64,000 nt of DNA. Source: Escherichia coli. GTDB taxonomy: Bacteria > Pseudomonadota > Gammaproteobacteria > Enterobacterales > Enterobacteriaceae. Positions 34,746 to 46,700 of this stretch are shown here, piece by piece. Where the stretch lies: assembly GCF_024298765.1 (NCBI RefSeq), contig NZ_CP101210.1, one strand, 5' to 3'. The notes below the pieces were generated by a model. It was not told the DNA's origin. It did not search any database and saw only the letters and a list, made by a program, of their open reading frames with translations. Position 1 is the first letter of the stretch; every line of letters begins with the position of its first letter. The position numbers and the translations under genes are program-made.

Positions 34746-35282
34746 GTTGCCAAACCTGAAATAACACTTAGCTGTGATGATTCGCTATTACCTACCGATG
34801 GCTTCGGAAAACATAAATTAAAAATGCCCAGAGGAGTACTATTATCGTTAGCATTACCCGAACGCCGTATTAACGGTTATTTATTGGTAAGAGCTACGTT
34901 CCATGGCAAGAGTTCATCAACAGGTTGGAAGGCCATTCCGGCAAAACTCTCAGTATATGGCGCAGATACCATTCAGACAGCAGGTCCCGCTCAGCCCGTA
35001 CAGTAGAGCGCCGTTCACTACCGTAATCGCTACCGAAGAACACATTGATTGCCCCTCAATAATCCTGCTGTTAACATCAAAATTGTTGGTCGGGCTCGAT
35101 TTATTTAATTGTGTAAACAGGGTCTCTCAGAGAAAGGCCCTTATGCATCACCTGACGTTAAAAGTCACTACACCCAAGATGACGTTCAAAGTGTCATAGT
35201 CCCCTGCGCTGAGGACAAAGCCACACGTTAACGACAAATCCACGCGATAACTTACGATAGTTCGGACATAAGCCCCCATAAT

Positions 35283-35846
35283 TCAGTTATGTCGTGGTCG
35301 GCCGCGGTTACTTTTTTCGGGAAGCCTGCTACGGCCCAGAATAATACCGTGTTCTTTCTGATCTTGTTTAGCCAGATAGCTAAGGGCGTAACGTAAGTCG
35401 TCTACCGCAGACTTATCACTATAGTGAATCACGTGATCGATACGCACCGGGTATTTATCTTTAGCCCGGCACAGGTGAAAATAACCCTCCCCTTCCGTGA
35501 TCCGCCTCCAGATATCCCCCAGTTGCCTGGATATCTGATAAGAGTTCTTGTGACGTTGCCCATCCAGATAGCCGATAAAATGAATATGAAGCCCTTTGTC
35601 TGGTGTATATTCCATAACCCAGTAATATCCTGCCAACATCGTCTGGGTTTCGCTAAGTAAACGGTATATTTCCATACACATACTGTGCTTACAGGAATGC
35701 CCGAAACTGGGCGTGTCTTTCCTGTAGGCAAAATCAATTCTGAAAGGTAACAGTTTAGAAAAACGTTGAAACAATCCCTCCATGTGTTCATTCACATCTT
35801 TCAGAATCGCGAAATTCATTTCGTAATTGGGATTGGCATTATACAT
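35283..35846 (-). CDS. YagK/YfjJ-family protein (CP4-type island conserved gene)
   Basis: 187-aa ORF; family assignment from memory of CP4-57/CP4-6 gene content and its position next to the yfjI-like and alpA-like genes. Confidence 0.45.
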   Translation of the reverse strand: MYNANPNYEMNFAILKDVNEHMEGLFQRFSKLLPFRIDFAYRKDTPSFGHSCKHSMCMEIYRLLSETQTMLAGYYWVMEYTPDKGLHIHFIGYLDGQRHKNSYQISRQLGDIWRRITEGEGYFHLCRAKDKYPVRIDHVIHYSDKSAVDDLRYALSYLAKQDQKEHGIILGRSRLPEKSNRGRPRHN

Positions 35847-36735
35847 TTTATAGTCCTTACTTTATAAAATTCACAGGAAGAGGGAATTACGTAAATACTG
35901 AGAGTACATAAACGCCGTACCACGGCATTAATAAACGAGGTAACCAGCAGTACAGACAACCTGATAAAACTGTTTTGTATTACCGCATCGCTGTAACAAG
36001 GTAATACTTCAGAATTCAGTGAGGCTCTCTTAAACAGAGGACCAGTAATAATTACAATGGCAAAAACACACCTCAATATAATTGAATTTAAGAAAGCACC
36101 ATTCAATCACTTACAGGAAGTAATCTGATCTTCACAAAAGTCAGCTATCGAATAGCCACAGGCAACACCGCTATTGATACCCCACACACCATAAGAAGAT
36201 TATTCCATACAGAAAAAATTATATTTACCCATACTTATAAACTGTAACGGAGCTATGACGTACGAACTAAAGACACTACACTCTAATAGAGTTCTGGTAC
36301 CTAACCAGTGTTAAATACGAACCAGACATACATTCTATGGATTAATTTTCTCAATATTACGCTATGAGTGTAGTAACATAATTTACACCACATACACCAC
36401 CACACTGTAGTTAGTATATGGGGAGACATTACGATAAAAAGAGATAAGTTATACCACAGATACCACCACACAATACCATAACTCCCATTAATAATACTAA
36501 TTAACCTAAATTATTTATTGAATACGAAAACAATGAAGGTCCCACCTCACCTCAGACTAAAGCCGACAATATCCTGAGCAACACTCTATCCAATAGTAAA
36601 TAGTGGTTACACCAGTTATATTTACTGACTGACCTGTACCAGAGTTTTCTAATACAACAACGCTGACATGGTAAAGGCATTAGTCTCCTCCGCAAGTAGC
36701 AGAGGAGACTATATGTTACTCAACGATTAAGTCGT

Positions 36736-38187
36736 TCAGAGGTCAAAGTTAGGTGCGACACACAACGTTTTTCCCTCAATAACCGGTACAACTCTGTTTT
36801 GTTCATACAGTAAATCCAGTAACCAGTTGATTTTATCCTTTTTCCGGAAACGGTTCGGACCACGCTGTAAAATATCATTTTTTTTCATACAGGGGATCCC
36901 CTTCTCAATGCAATAGCTTTTTATCCAGTTGAAAAGTTCAAGCTCCTCTGGAATGAGTCGCACAGGTACGGTCAGGGCAGGGTTGTCAAAAGTTAACGGA
37001 TTAGACAACCGCACATACTCATTACCGTACCATATTGCTAATTCTCTCGCCATTTCTGCAGTGTAAGGGGAAATGTCCCCCTCTTCACCGCTCGAATGGT
37101 GAATAAGTCCTGCCAGTCTTGCCATATACTCTGCATTTTTAGCAGCATATTCCCGGCAATGTCTTAAAGGCCCCAATCCCCCCAGCTTCGATTCCACATC
37201 GTTGTAATAATCCGTCCAGATTCTGGCAGCCTGAGGAGAAAAGTGAAGGCAACGTCGTTCACCACTCATCGCCAGATTTTCATCAATAAGCTCATTGATC
37301 CTCTGTTCAAACAAATCCTGATACTGTGATGAATAATTATCTCCGGTTATTATCCTTGTCCCCTGCGTTGATGTTGGTTGACACATCAAAAACCTTGCAT
37401 GATGTCCTGACGTTTTCACAAGTTCTTTTTTTCGCGTACAAAAACCTTTCTGGTAAACATCAGGCTGAATCATCACCGATACCGTCAGTCTTGGATCCTT
37501 CAAAATAATTCCGGGAGATGATTTCCTGTCGATGAAAAGAGAACCACCATCCCACAAAGAGTTAAGTATTCCAAGTTTACTCATTGCCCGGCCATCAAAA
37601 ATTATTCCTCCTTCACTGGATACAAGAGCAAAAGAGCGATTGCTGTCGGAATAATATTTTAACATTCCCTCTATCGTTGTCTCATTGAAAATTGTCCGGC
37701 GTATCTGCGGCGGAACAGGACATTTATTCAGATGTCTTTTAAGCTCTGACTCTGTTGCCTTACAATCTTTACCGGCGCGAATTTCTTTATGCAATTTTGA
37801 CTCCAGTGCTTTTTGCTTTTGCTCCCATATTTCCTTTTCTGTACTGTAATTCTCAACCAGTTTCGCGTATTCTTCCGCCAGGGCTTCATCCCTGAGATAA
37901 AATGCTTTCATAAACACTTTATCCACGGTCGTTTTCCTTTCACCGGAATCAGCCAGAATCAGAGAGTAAAGATTAACAGGCCCACGTAAATTTCCAGGTC
38001 TGCACACGTCAATCTGATTCTGACAGGCACTTGAGAACGCTGTTAATGCGGATGTCGCCACCATAGCCAAAGGTGCCTGTGTATTTTTTTGAGTTTCAAT
38101 TATTGCATTTCTCACCAGCGGTGGTAGTGCATATACCGGATAAGGATTTTCTGGTGCAAGTAAGCACATAAAAGCCTCTCTTTTCAT
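36736..38187 (-). CDS. YfjI-like protein (DUF3987 family), CP4/P4-type island conserved gene
   Basis: 483-aa ORF (alternative start at MCLLAPENPYP, 38169); synteny alpA-yfjI-yfjJ on the same strand as the tRNA, as in CP4-57. Confidence 0.5.
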   Translation of the reverse strand: MKREAFMCLLAPENPYPVYALPPLVRNAIIETQKNTQAPLAMVATSALTAFSSACQNQIDVCRPGNLRGPVNLYSLILADSGERKTTVDKVFMKAFYLRDEALAEEYAKLVENYSTEKEIWEQKQKALESKLHKEIRAGKDCKATESELKRHLNKCPVPPQIRRTIFNETTIEGMLKYYSDSNRSFALVSSEGGIIFDGRAMSKLGILNSLWDGGSLFIDRKSSPGIILKDPRLTVSVMIQPDVYQKGFCTRKKELVKTSGHHARFLMCQPTSTQGTRIITGDNYSSQYQDLFEQRINELIDENLAMSGERRCLHFSPQAARIWTDYYNDVESKLGGLGPLRHCREYAAKNAEYMARLAGLIHHSSGEEGDISPYTAEMARELAIWYGNEYVRLSNPLTFDNPALTVPVRLIPEELELFNWIKSYCIEKGIPCMKKNDILQRGPNRFRKKDKINWLLDLLYEQNRVVPVIEGKTLCVAPNFDL

Positions 38188-38399
38188 TAATGGGTTAGTA
38201 AAGCAGCAGCAACTCCCGCTATAATAGCGAAATAGCTGCTGTTCAGACCTAATGTTCTGAGAAATACAGAATATCTGTAGATCTGATGTTTAATAAACCG
38301 ATAAGGTTAATTCAGTTCATACTGTGTTATTTACCACGAAATATCATTCATGTTTCTCATTCTTAACACCTCCTAAAATTATTTCACTAACACCTTCCC

Positions 38400-38645
38400 C
38401 CCGGTCTTTTTCCTTTCTCAGGAATCAGCCAGAACCATAGTGTAAATATTAACAGGCCCACGTAAATTTCCAGGTCTGCACACGTCAATCTGATTCTGAC
38501 AGGCAATTGACATCGCTGTTAATAATGATGTGGTAGTCATAGCCAGAGATGCTTTTTCATTGTGTTGAGTTTCAATTATTGCATTTCCAGTCATTGATGG
38601 TTGCGCATATACTGGATACGGAGTATCCGGTTTGATGTAAGACAT
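38400..38645 (-). pseudogene. Diverged partial duplicate of the 5' end of the yfjI-like gene
   Basis: 38400-38645 is ~85-90% identical to 37935-38187, including a 57-bp identical core; 75-aa ORF MSYIKPDTPYPVYAQPSMTGNAIIETQ... parallels the yfjI-like N-terminus then diverges. Confidence 0.6.
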
Positions 38646-38750
38646 AAATATTTCCTTTTTTCGTAATAACTTTCGGTTATAGCAGCTATTTCCGCTACAA
38701 TAGCAACAATAGCTGCTATACAGACTGGATATACTGAAAATACAGACAGT

Positions 38751-38999
38751 TCATCTGGTCTGTATCCAGCAAAGAAGGTCACTTAACAACCATCCGCAAG
38801 ATTTCTTTCCGATAGACTTACGTGGTGGAAATTTTCCCTCCCGTTCAAGTTTCCACGCTTGTGTACGAGAAATTGACGTGATCTCATATCGTTCCTTTTC
38901 ACGTACCAGTCTGTCGCATTCAATCCCATAAGCTTTCAAAATGACCAGACGCTGTTCATCTGTTAATGGAAGCCACATACTACCCTCCTGATATATCAA
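38751..38999 (-). CDS. alpA: AlpA-family phage/island transcriptional regulator (MerR-like HTH)
   Basis: 82-aa ORF; C-terminal ...ITSISRTQAWKLEREGKFPPRKSIGKKSCGWLLSDLLCWI matches the AlpA pattern. Confidence 0.6.
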   Translation of the reverse strand: MIYQEGSMWLPLTDEQRLVILKAYGIECDRLVREKERYEITSISRTQAWKLEREGKFPPRKSIGKKSCGWLLSDLLCWIQTR

Positions 39000-39669
39000 T
39001 ACTTTTTATTTCCGGCATGAGCATGAAATGACTAAGTTTCCCGGATAAACAATGAGTGAAAGTCACTATCATTCATCCAGTCAACGCCTTGCAAATAAAA
39101 TGTAATACTATGATTTTTATAGGTCAAAATACTAAATTACAATGTTAAAATGGCTTTTAACAGAAAAAATAAAGACATATGGAACCAAATAAAAACAAGC
39201 CACGACCAATAAAAACAAAAGATTAATATTAAAAATCCATTATGACGATTTTTGTTGACTAAAATTAGGTTGGGATATATAAATAAATCCATGTAAAATT
39301 CAAACAAGGCATAGAGGAGCCGCAGGAAGGTGAAATATTTCCATCTAATTTGTGATAATCATCACAAAAATAAGCTACAACAAGCGGAGGAAAAGACAAT
39401 CTGTTGCTGAACAGACAGAAGCAGGCTACGAATGATCGGAAAATGAAGCAAATACGCTTATACAGAAGACGCAGAGGTAACTGACGGAGACAATCACAAT
39501 CAGGAGAAAATTATCGTAAATAATGTATAAAATCTCAGGATATAAACAAATGTACACAAGCTATCCACGTAATCAGCGGCTGGCTCAGGATTGACGTTTC
39601 ATTTCAGTGGACAACATCGATTCTGTCTGACAGCGGACCAATATGTAGCAAGCAGAAACTTCTGACATC

Positions 39670-41307
39670 ATGGTAACTCGGACAATGCAACAAAAGTATC
39701 AGTATGATCGTGTTTTATCCGGCGAACTCCACCCATTCCCTGGCATATACGAGGCGGTTTCCGAACAAATCCTTTTGCTCATTTTTAAAGCACGTCAACT
39801 ATATCAGGATCCAGAATATCGCCCCTGGTTTGAAGAACAGCACAGAGTACTCTCTGCATTACGTGCCAATACAGAGCTCCTGAGAATCTTTAGAGAACAA
39901 AGAAGCGCTGAAGAACCAAAGCTTACTATTGAAGAGTCTACCTCCCCCCAACCCACTCCTTCTGCTCTTACAGATGCGCTTAATGTGATGTGCCATTTAT
40001 ACAATGGTTTTGATGAAGGAAATATCAGTCTGAAAACCTGGGGGGCGATGCAAGAGGTACAGACAACATCAACCTTTATCAGCCCAGGACCGAGAACCTG
40101 GAAAACACCTGAACTGGCAAAGTTTGTAGGAGATGATTTATTTAATATTCTGACTGAATGTAAGGCCTGGAGTTCACCAATTCCAGCAGAAACCCGACAG
40201 GGGTATTGCCATCAGGATCTGTCTGTTGCACACTCCTGCACCTCAGAGTTACTGGCACACCTGAATCAATATCATGAAATTGATGAATCAGCAATACTTG
40301 CCAGAGTTATTGGTATAACAGTTAACGGATTCTACAAGAAAAATAATACAGACCTTCCAGAATGGCTATCCCCCTTTAAAGAGGAACATAAAATATTCAA
40401 AGATTGTCCGGAGCAAAATACCGGGGATGTAATCAGACGGAAAGAACAACTGTTGAAAACAGGACGTACAGAATTCGTGAATAATTTGTGTCGGGTCGCC
40501 AACTGGTATGAAATTGAGTCAATATACGATGAATACGTCCGTCTTTATGCCAATGAAATCATTGACTGGTTCAACAAAACCATGAAGTATTTTAAACCAA
40601 CAGATTTTATCCGATATACATGGAAATTCGCAACAGTTACTCCGGATAAAGATACAGAAACCGGGCATACAACTGCATGGGAAAAGGATTATTGCCAGAT
40701 AACCATACAACGTGATGAACTTCTGAGGTTGATTCACACTAATACCCTTCAGGATGCTGTAATTTATCTTTGTCATTGTCTGCAGGAGAAATACAAGAAA
40801 TCATCCCAGAATGAGACAGAGTTTCCAGGAATAAAACCTCCGGCATCAGAGAGTGAAATTAATATAACAGATAATTTTGAATTTCATTCTCTTCTGGAGC
40901 TAAGTAAAGATAATGAGAAGCGGCTGGAAACATTTCAAAAATGGTATGAAAAAAATAAAGTTTTGTTAGAAAGTCATAAACAAAAACGAACAGAGAAGAT
41001 TGACGTTGCCGTACGACTTGTAGGGCTGAAAGCCTATGATCTGCATGAAGGGATTCCGGATAGTCCAAAACGAAAAGTTAAAGATGGCATAAATGAAGAC
41101 ATCAAAGCCGATACCAGTTTACGCCTGTCAAAGACAAATATAAGTGATACGTCGCTAAACCGTTATCGCCGCACTGTTAAGGAGATTATCAATAACGAAA
41201 TCGACGCATTCCTGTTGGAACAGAAGAAAAAAAATAAAAGATTTCCCTACAGTGAAGATAGAGATGTGATTCGCCCTTTATGGGGAAAATGCCTGACCGG
41301 GCAGTAG
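39670..41307 (+). CDS. Hypothetical protein, 545 aa, no recognisable domain; AT-rich island cargo
   Basis: Long ORF after a ~670-bp AT-rich, purine-skewed upstream region; no motifs recognised. Confidence 0.5.
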   Translation: MVTRTMQQKYQYDRVLSGELHPFPGIYEAVSEQILLLIFKARQLYQDPEYRPWFEEQHRVLSALRANTELLRIFREQRSAEEPKLTIEESTSPQPTPSALTDALNVMCHLYNGFDEGNISLKTWGAMQEVQTTSTFISPGPRTWKTPELAKFVGDDLFNILTECKAWSSPIPAETRQGYCHQDLSVAHSCTSELLAHLNQYHEIDESAILARVIGITVNGFYKKNNTDLPEWLSPFKEEHKIFKDCPEQNTGDVIRRKEQLLKTGRTEFVNNLCRVANWYEIESIYDEYVRLYANEIIDWFNKTMKYFKPTDFIRYTWKFATVTPDKDTETGHTTAWEKDYCQITIQRDELLRLIHTNTLQDAVIYLCHCLQEKYKKSSQNETEFPGIKPPASESEINITDNFEFHSLLELSKDNEKRLETFQKWYEKNKVLLESHKQKRTEKIDVAVRLVGLKAYDLHEGIPDSPKRKVKDGINEDIKADTSLRLSKTNISDTSLNRYRRTVKEIINNEIDAFLLEQKKKNKRFPYSEDRDVIRPLWGKCLTGQ

Positions 41308-41393
41308 ATCACAGATGGGATAACATCCCGGTTATCCCCTGTTTGTTCTGCTTCAGGTTGCCGGAGCTCCAGGAACACGAGGCAATCGGCAAA

Positions 41394-41990
41394 TTATGCG
41401 GCTTTTCCATTAACAGATTCGGCCACAAGAACAACACCGTGTTTGTTTCGATCAGGATGTTCACTCCAGATTTCTGATTCAGGAATACTTTCCCCATCAT
41501 AGCAGATCCGATCACCATCAAACGAATAATACCGTGCGGAATCTGTATCTAAGATAAACACCTTAAAATTCGTTGAACGACGCGCTATATGCTGCCAGAG
41601 GGCTTTACCTCCTTCATATTGCTCGTTATCACTTAATAGTATAACGCCTGCTTTTGTGGCTATTGTTTCATAAACAAACGTAGCAAGGCTAACATCACGT
41701 ACAGCGCCATCGACAACAATCCCTTCAATCTGAGCAACGTCCTGTTCTTCCCAGAATTTCCGGACAAACACCCCTTCAAGCTGTGAACGACGCTGAAGCT
41801 CCAGAGTGGCAACAACCTTATGGCGAATATCACCATCAATAACAGAAGGTGCAGCTTCGATTACCGCAGCGAACGGAGTCTTTGGATCCCAGATGATCTG
41901 GTAAAGCACACCCTGAATAGTTACTCCATCCAGTATCGAAAAACGACGAGCTACAGTAGCAGGGGAGTAAGACATTGGAATGACAGCCAT
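41394..41990 (-). CDS. Hypothetical protein, 198 aa, no recognisable domain; occupies the tRNA-proximal slot where an integrase is expected
   Basis: ORF ~310 bp from the thrW 3' end; no tyrosine-recombinase motifs. Confidence 0.45.
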   Translation of the reverse strand: MAVIPMSYSPATVARRFSILDGVTIQGVLYQIIWDPKTPFAAVIEAAPSVIDGDIRHKVVATLELQRRSQLEGVFVRKFWEEQDVAQIEGIVVDGAVRDVSLATFVYETIATKAGVILLSDNEQYEGGKALWQHIARRSTNFKVFILDTDSARYYSFDGDRICYDGESIPESEIWSEHPDRNKHGVVLVAESVNGKAA

Positions 41991-42300
41991 TTTATGGCCT
42001 AAAATTTGAAAACATCAGTATCAATACTGACCTCATCAGTCTGAGCATATATTGATAAAGTTTTTATGTTTACACTCAATAAATACCTTGCCAAACAACT
42101 AATAGCGATGTCTACATTGCCATTCGACATGCTTACAATTTTTGTCAACAAGAAAGTGAATTTATATCAACGGTAAGAAGTAAACACGAGGACACCAAAA
42201 CCAAATGTACACACTTTTGTGCTTTGTGTCCCCTGTGTGTACCCAAATGACAAACTGCAAGAAAATCTAGGCACACACTTATCTAACTTATTGATTTAAA

Positions 42301-42376
42301 TGGTGCCGATAATAGGAGTCGAACCTACGACCTTCGCATTACGAATGCGCTGCTCTACCAACTGAGCTATATCGGC
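42301..42376 (-). tRNA. thrW: tRNA-Thr (anticodon CGU)
   Basis: Reverse complement gccgatatagctcagttggtagagcagcgcattcgtaatgcgaaggtcgtaggttcgactcctattatcggcacca: cloverleaf with anticodon loop attCGTaat, T-loop ggttcgactcc, encoded CCA. Confidence 0.95.
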
Positions 42377-42490
42377 CCTGAAAGGACATGTTCACGAACG
42401 TGAATCACGGTGGACAAGGTTAAAACTAACCGGGCGATGCGTCAATGGCCTTGTGAATCAAATGGCTACTTTTGCATCACCCGGTTTTAT

Positions 42491-43744
42491 TTACGCACGA
42501 ATGGTGTAATCACCAATGCCGATCCACTTATAAGTGGTCAGTGCTTCCAGCCCCATTGGGCCGCGCGCGTGGAGTTTTTGTGTGCTTACCGCAACTTCCG
42601 CCCCCAGTCCAAACTGGCCGCCGTCGGTAAAACGCGTAGAGGCGTTAACGTAAACAGCGGAGGAATCCACTTCGTTAACAAAACGCTGGGCGTTGCGCAT
42701 ATCGCGGGTCAGGATCGCATCGGAGTGTTGCGTGCCGTGTTCACGAATATGGGCGATGGCATCGTCAAGATCGCTAACGATTTTGACGTTCAAATCTAAT
42801 GACAGAAACTCATCGTCATACTCTTCGGCTTTAACCGCCACCACCTTCGCGGGGCCTGTCTGCAACTGCGCCAGTGCACCTGCATCAGCGTGTAACGTCA
42901 CGCCACTTTCCGCCATTTGTTTGCTTAATGCGGGCAGGAAACTATCGGCGATGTTTTTATTCACCAGCAACGTTTCAACCGTATTACATGTGCTCGGTCG
43001 CTGAGTTTTCGCGTTGACGATCACTTTCAGGGCTTCAGCGATCTCTGCACTTTCATCAACGTAAATATGGCATACGCCTATACCACCTGTGATCACCGGG
43101 ATCGTCGACTGTTCGCGGCACAGTTTATGCAGGCCAGCGCCACCGCGCGGGATCAGCATGTCGATGTATTTATCCATACGCAGCATTTCACTGACCAGCG
43201 CGCGGTCAGGATTATCAATCGCCTGCACGGCACCCGCCGGTAAGCTGCAGGATTTCAGGGCGTCCTGAATCACCGCTACCGTTGCAGCGTTAGTGCGACA
43301 GGTTTCTTTGCCGCCGCGCAGGATCACCGCGTTACCGGTTTTCAGGCACAGGGAAGCAACATCAACCGTCACGTTCGGGCGCGCTTCATAAATCACGCCA
43401 ATCACCCCCAGCGGCACGCGACGGCGCTCCAGACGCAGGCCGCTGTCCAGTACGCCGCCATCGATTACCTGCCCCACCGGATCGGCGAGATTGCACACCT
43501 GGCGCACATCGTCGGCAATGCCTTTCAGCCGTGCGGGCGTCAGTGCCAGACGGTCAAGCATCGCTTCGCTAAGGCCATTGGCACGCGCGTCTGCAACATC
43601 CTGCGCGTTAGCGTTGAGGATACTTTCGCTTTGTGCTTCCAGTTCATCGGCGATTTTTTCCAGCACACGATTTTTTTCGCGGCTGGAGAGTTGCGCTAAT
43701 TTATACGAGGCTTGCTTCGCGGCAATGCCCATTTGTTCCAGCAT
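42491..43744 (-). CDS. proA: Gamma-glutamyl phosphate reductase
   Basis: 417-aa ORF, aldehyde-dehydrogenase-fold protein downstream of proB. Confidence 0.95.
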   Translation of the reverse strand: MLEQMGIAAKQASYKLAQLSSREKNRVLEKIADELEAQSESILNANAQDVADARANGLSEAMLDRLALTPARLKGIADDVRQVCNLADPVGQVIDGGVLDSGLRLERRRVPLGVIGVIYEARPNVTVDVASLCLKTGNAVILRGGKETCRTNAATVAVIQDALKSCSLPAGAVQAIDNPDRALVSEMLRMDKYIDMLIPRGGAGLHKLCREQSTIPVITGGIGVCHIYVDESAEIAEALKVIVNAKTQRPSTCNTVETLLVNKNIADSFLPALSKQMAESGVTLHADAGALAQLQTGPAKVVAVKAEEYDDEFLSLDLNVKIVSDLDDAIAHIREHGTQHSDAILTRDMRNAQRFVNEVDSSAVYVNASTRFTDGGQFGLGAEVAVSTQKLHARGPMGLEALTTYKWIGIGDYTIRA

Positions 43745-43755
43745 CGGCCAGCTCC

Positions 43756-44859
43756 TTAACGGGTAATCATGTCATCACGGTGAACGGCAACCGGGCCGTA
43801 TTCATATCCCAGTATTGCATCAATTTCTTGCGAGTGGTGTCCGGCAATACGGCGTAATGCATCGCTGTTGTAACGACTGACGCCGTGGGCGATATCGCGA
43901 CCTTCGAGGTTGCAAATACGGATGACTTCACCACGCGAGAAATTGCCAGTCACGCTTTTAATGCCTTTCGGCAACAGGGAGCTGCCGCGTTCCAGAATGG
44001 CGGCAGTTGCCCCTTCATCTACCGTGATTTCACCCGCAGGCGGCGCACCGAAAATCCAGCGTTTACGGTTTTCAAGCGGAGTCGCCTGGGCATGGAACAG
44101 CGTACCGACGGAAATGCCTTCCATCACATCACCAATAACGCCCGGCTTGCTGCCCGCGGCAATAATGGTGTCGATACCCGCACGGCAAGCCACGTCAGCG
44201 GCCTGCAATTTGGTGCTCATACCGCCAGTTCCGAGGCCTGAAACGCTATCACCGGCAATCGCGCGCAGTGCGTCATCAATGCCGTACACATCTTTAATCA
44301 GTTCTGCCTGCGGATTGCTGCGCGGGTCAGCGGTATACAAACCTTTTTGATCGGTCAGCAGCAACAGTTTATCGGCACCCGCCAGAATCGCCGCCAGCGC
44401 AGAAAGGTTATCGTTATCACCGACCTTAATCTCTGCAGTAGCGACAGCATCGTTCTCATTAATTACCGGAACGATATTGTTATCGAGCAACGCACGCAGG
44501 GTATCGCGGGCGTTCAGGAAGCGTTCACGATCTTCCATATCAGCACGGGTCAGCAACATCTGCCCGACATGAATGCCGTAAATTGAAAACAGCTGTTCCC
44601 ACAGTTGAATCAGTCGACTCTGCCCTACCGCCGCCAGCAGCTGTTTTGAAGCGATAGTCGCCGGCAATTCCGGGTACCCCAGGTGCTCACGTCCGGCGGC
44701 AATCGCACCCGACGTCACAATAACAATCCGATGCCCGGCGGCATGTAACTGCGCGCACTGGCGAACAAGTTCAACGATATGGGCACGGTTCAGGCGGCGC
44801 GATCCGCCTGTTAGCACACTGGTGCCGAGTTTTACCACCAGCGTCTGGCTGTCACTCAT
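43756..44859 (-). CDS. proB: Glutamate 5-kinase
   Basis: Start at [19 protein letters not shown] within ORF 43756..44898; amino-acid kinase domain plus C-terminal PUA. Confidence 0.95.
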
Positions 44860-45147
44860 GATTCTCTGCCATTCAATTTTAGGAAAAAATGATATCAAAC
44901 GAACGTTTTAGCAGGACTGTCGTCGGTTGCCAACCATCTGCGAGCAAAGCATGGCGTTTTGTTGCGCGGGATCAGCAAGCGTAGCGGCAGTTGTTTACGC
45001 TTTTATTACAGATTTAATAAATTACCACATTTTAAGAATATTATTAATCTGTAATATATCTTTAACAATCTCAGGTTAAAAACTTTCCTGTTTTCAACGG
45101 GACTCTCCCGCTGAATATTCGCGCGTTAATTAAAATCAGGAATGAAA

Positions 45148-46203
45148 ATGAAAAAGAGCACTCTGGCATTAGTGGTGATGGGCATTGTGGCATCTGTATC
45201 CGTACAGGCCGCAGAAATATATAACAAAGACGGTAATAAACTGGATGTCTATGGCAAAGTTAAAGCCATGCATTATATGAGTGATAATGACAGTAAAGAT
45301 GGCGACCAGAGTTATATCCGTTTTGGTTTTAAAGGCGAAACACAAATTAACGATCAACTGACTGGTTATGGTCGTTGGGAAGCTGAGTTTGCCGGTAATA
45401 AAGCGGAGAGTGATACTGCACAGCAAAAAACGCGTCTCGCTTTTGCCGGGTTGAAATATAAAGATTTGGGTTCTTTCGATTATGGTCGTAACCTGGGCGC
45501 GTTGTATGACGTGGAAGCCTGGACCGATATGTTCCCGGAATTTGGTGGCGACTCCTCGGCGCAGACCGACAACTTTATGACCAAACGCGCCAGCGGTCTG
45601 GCGACGTATCGGAACACCGACTTCTTCGGCGTTATCGATGGCCTGAACTTAACCCTGCAATATCAAGGGAAAAACGAAAACCGCGACGTTAAAAAGCAAA
45701 ACGGCGATGGCTTCGGCACGTCATTGACATATGACTTTGGTGGCAGCGATTTCGCCATCAGTGGAGCCTATACCAACTCTGATCGTACCAACGAGCAGAA
45801 CCTGCAAAGCCGTGGCACAGGCAAGCGTGCAGAAGCATGGGCAACAGGTCTGAAATACGATGCCAATAATATTTATCTGGCAACTTTCTATTCTGAAACA
45901 CGTAAAATGACGCCAATCTCTGGCGGCTTTGCCAATAAGACGCAGAACTTTGAAGCGGTCGCTCAATACCAGTTTGACTTTGGTCTGCGTCCATCGCTGG
46001 GTTATGTCTTATCGAAAGGGAAAGATATTGAGGGCATCGGTGATGAAGATCTGGTCAATTATGTCGATGTTGGTGCTACGTATTATTTCAACAAAAATAT
46101 GTCAGCGTTTGTTGATTATAAAATCAACCAACTGGATAGCGATAACAAATTGAATATTAATAATGATGATATTGTCGCGGTTGGCATGACCTATCAGTTT
46201 TAA
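45148..46203 (+). CDS. phoE: Outer membrane phosphoporin PhoE
   Basis: Signal peptide [21 protein letters not shown], 16-strand porin pattern ending VGMTYQF; second in-frame ATG chosen. Confidence 0.95.
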   Translation: MKKSTLALVVMGIVASVSVQAAEIYNKDGNKLDVYGKVKAMHYMSDNDSKDGDQSYIRFGFKGETQINDQLTGYGRWEAEFAGNKAESDTAQQKTRLAFAGLKYKDLGSFDYGRNLGALYDVEAWTDMFPEFGGDSSAQTDNFMTKRASGLATYRNTDFFGVIDGLNLTLQYQGKNENRDVKKQNGDGFGTSLTYDFGGSDFAISGAYTNSDRTNEQNLQSRGTGKRAEAWATGLKYDANNIYLATFYSETRKMTPISGGFANKTQNFEAVAQYQFDFGLRPSLGYVLSKGKDIEGIGDEDLVNYVDVGATYYFNKNMSAFVDYKINQLDSDNKLNINNDDIVAVGMTYQF

Positions 46204-46211
46204 TGGATATT

Positions 46212-46232
46212 GCCGGATGTGATGCATCCGGC
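46212..46232. terminator. Hairpin (gccggatg / catccggc) between convergent phoE and crl
   Basis: 8-bp perfect stem with 5-nt loop in the 38-bp gap between the two stop codons. Confidence 0.4.
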
Positions 46233-46241
46233 ACATTTCAT

Positions 46242-46700
<459 letters not shown>

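Noticed and set aside
41394-42300. Search for a tyrosine integrase next to thrW
   Set aside because: The tRNA-proximal ORF has no integrase motifs (no R..HxxR..Y pattern) and no other ORF in the window resembles a tyrosine or serine recombinase; reported as absent.
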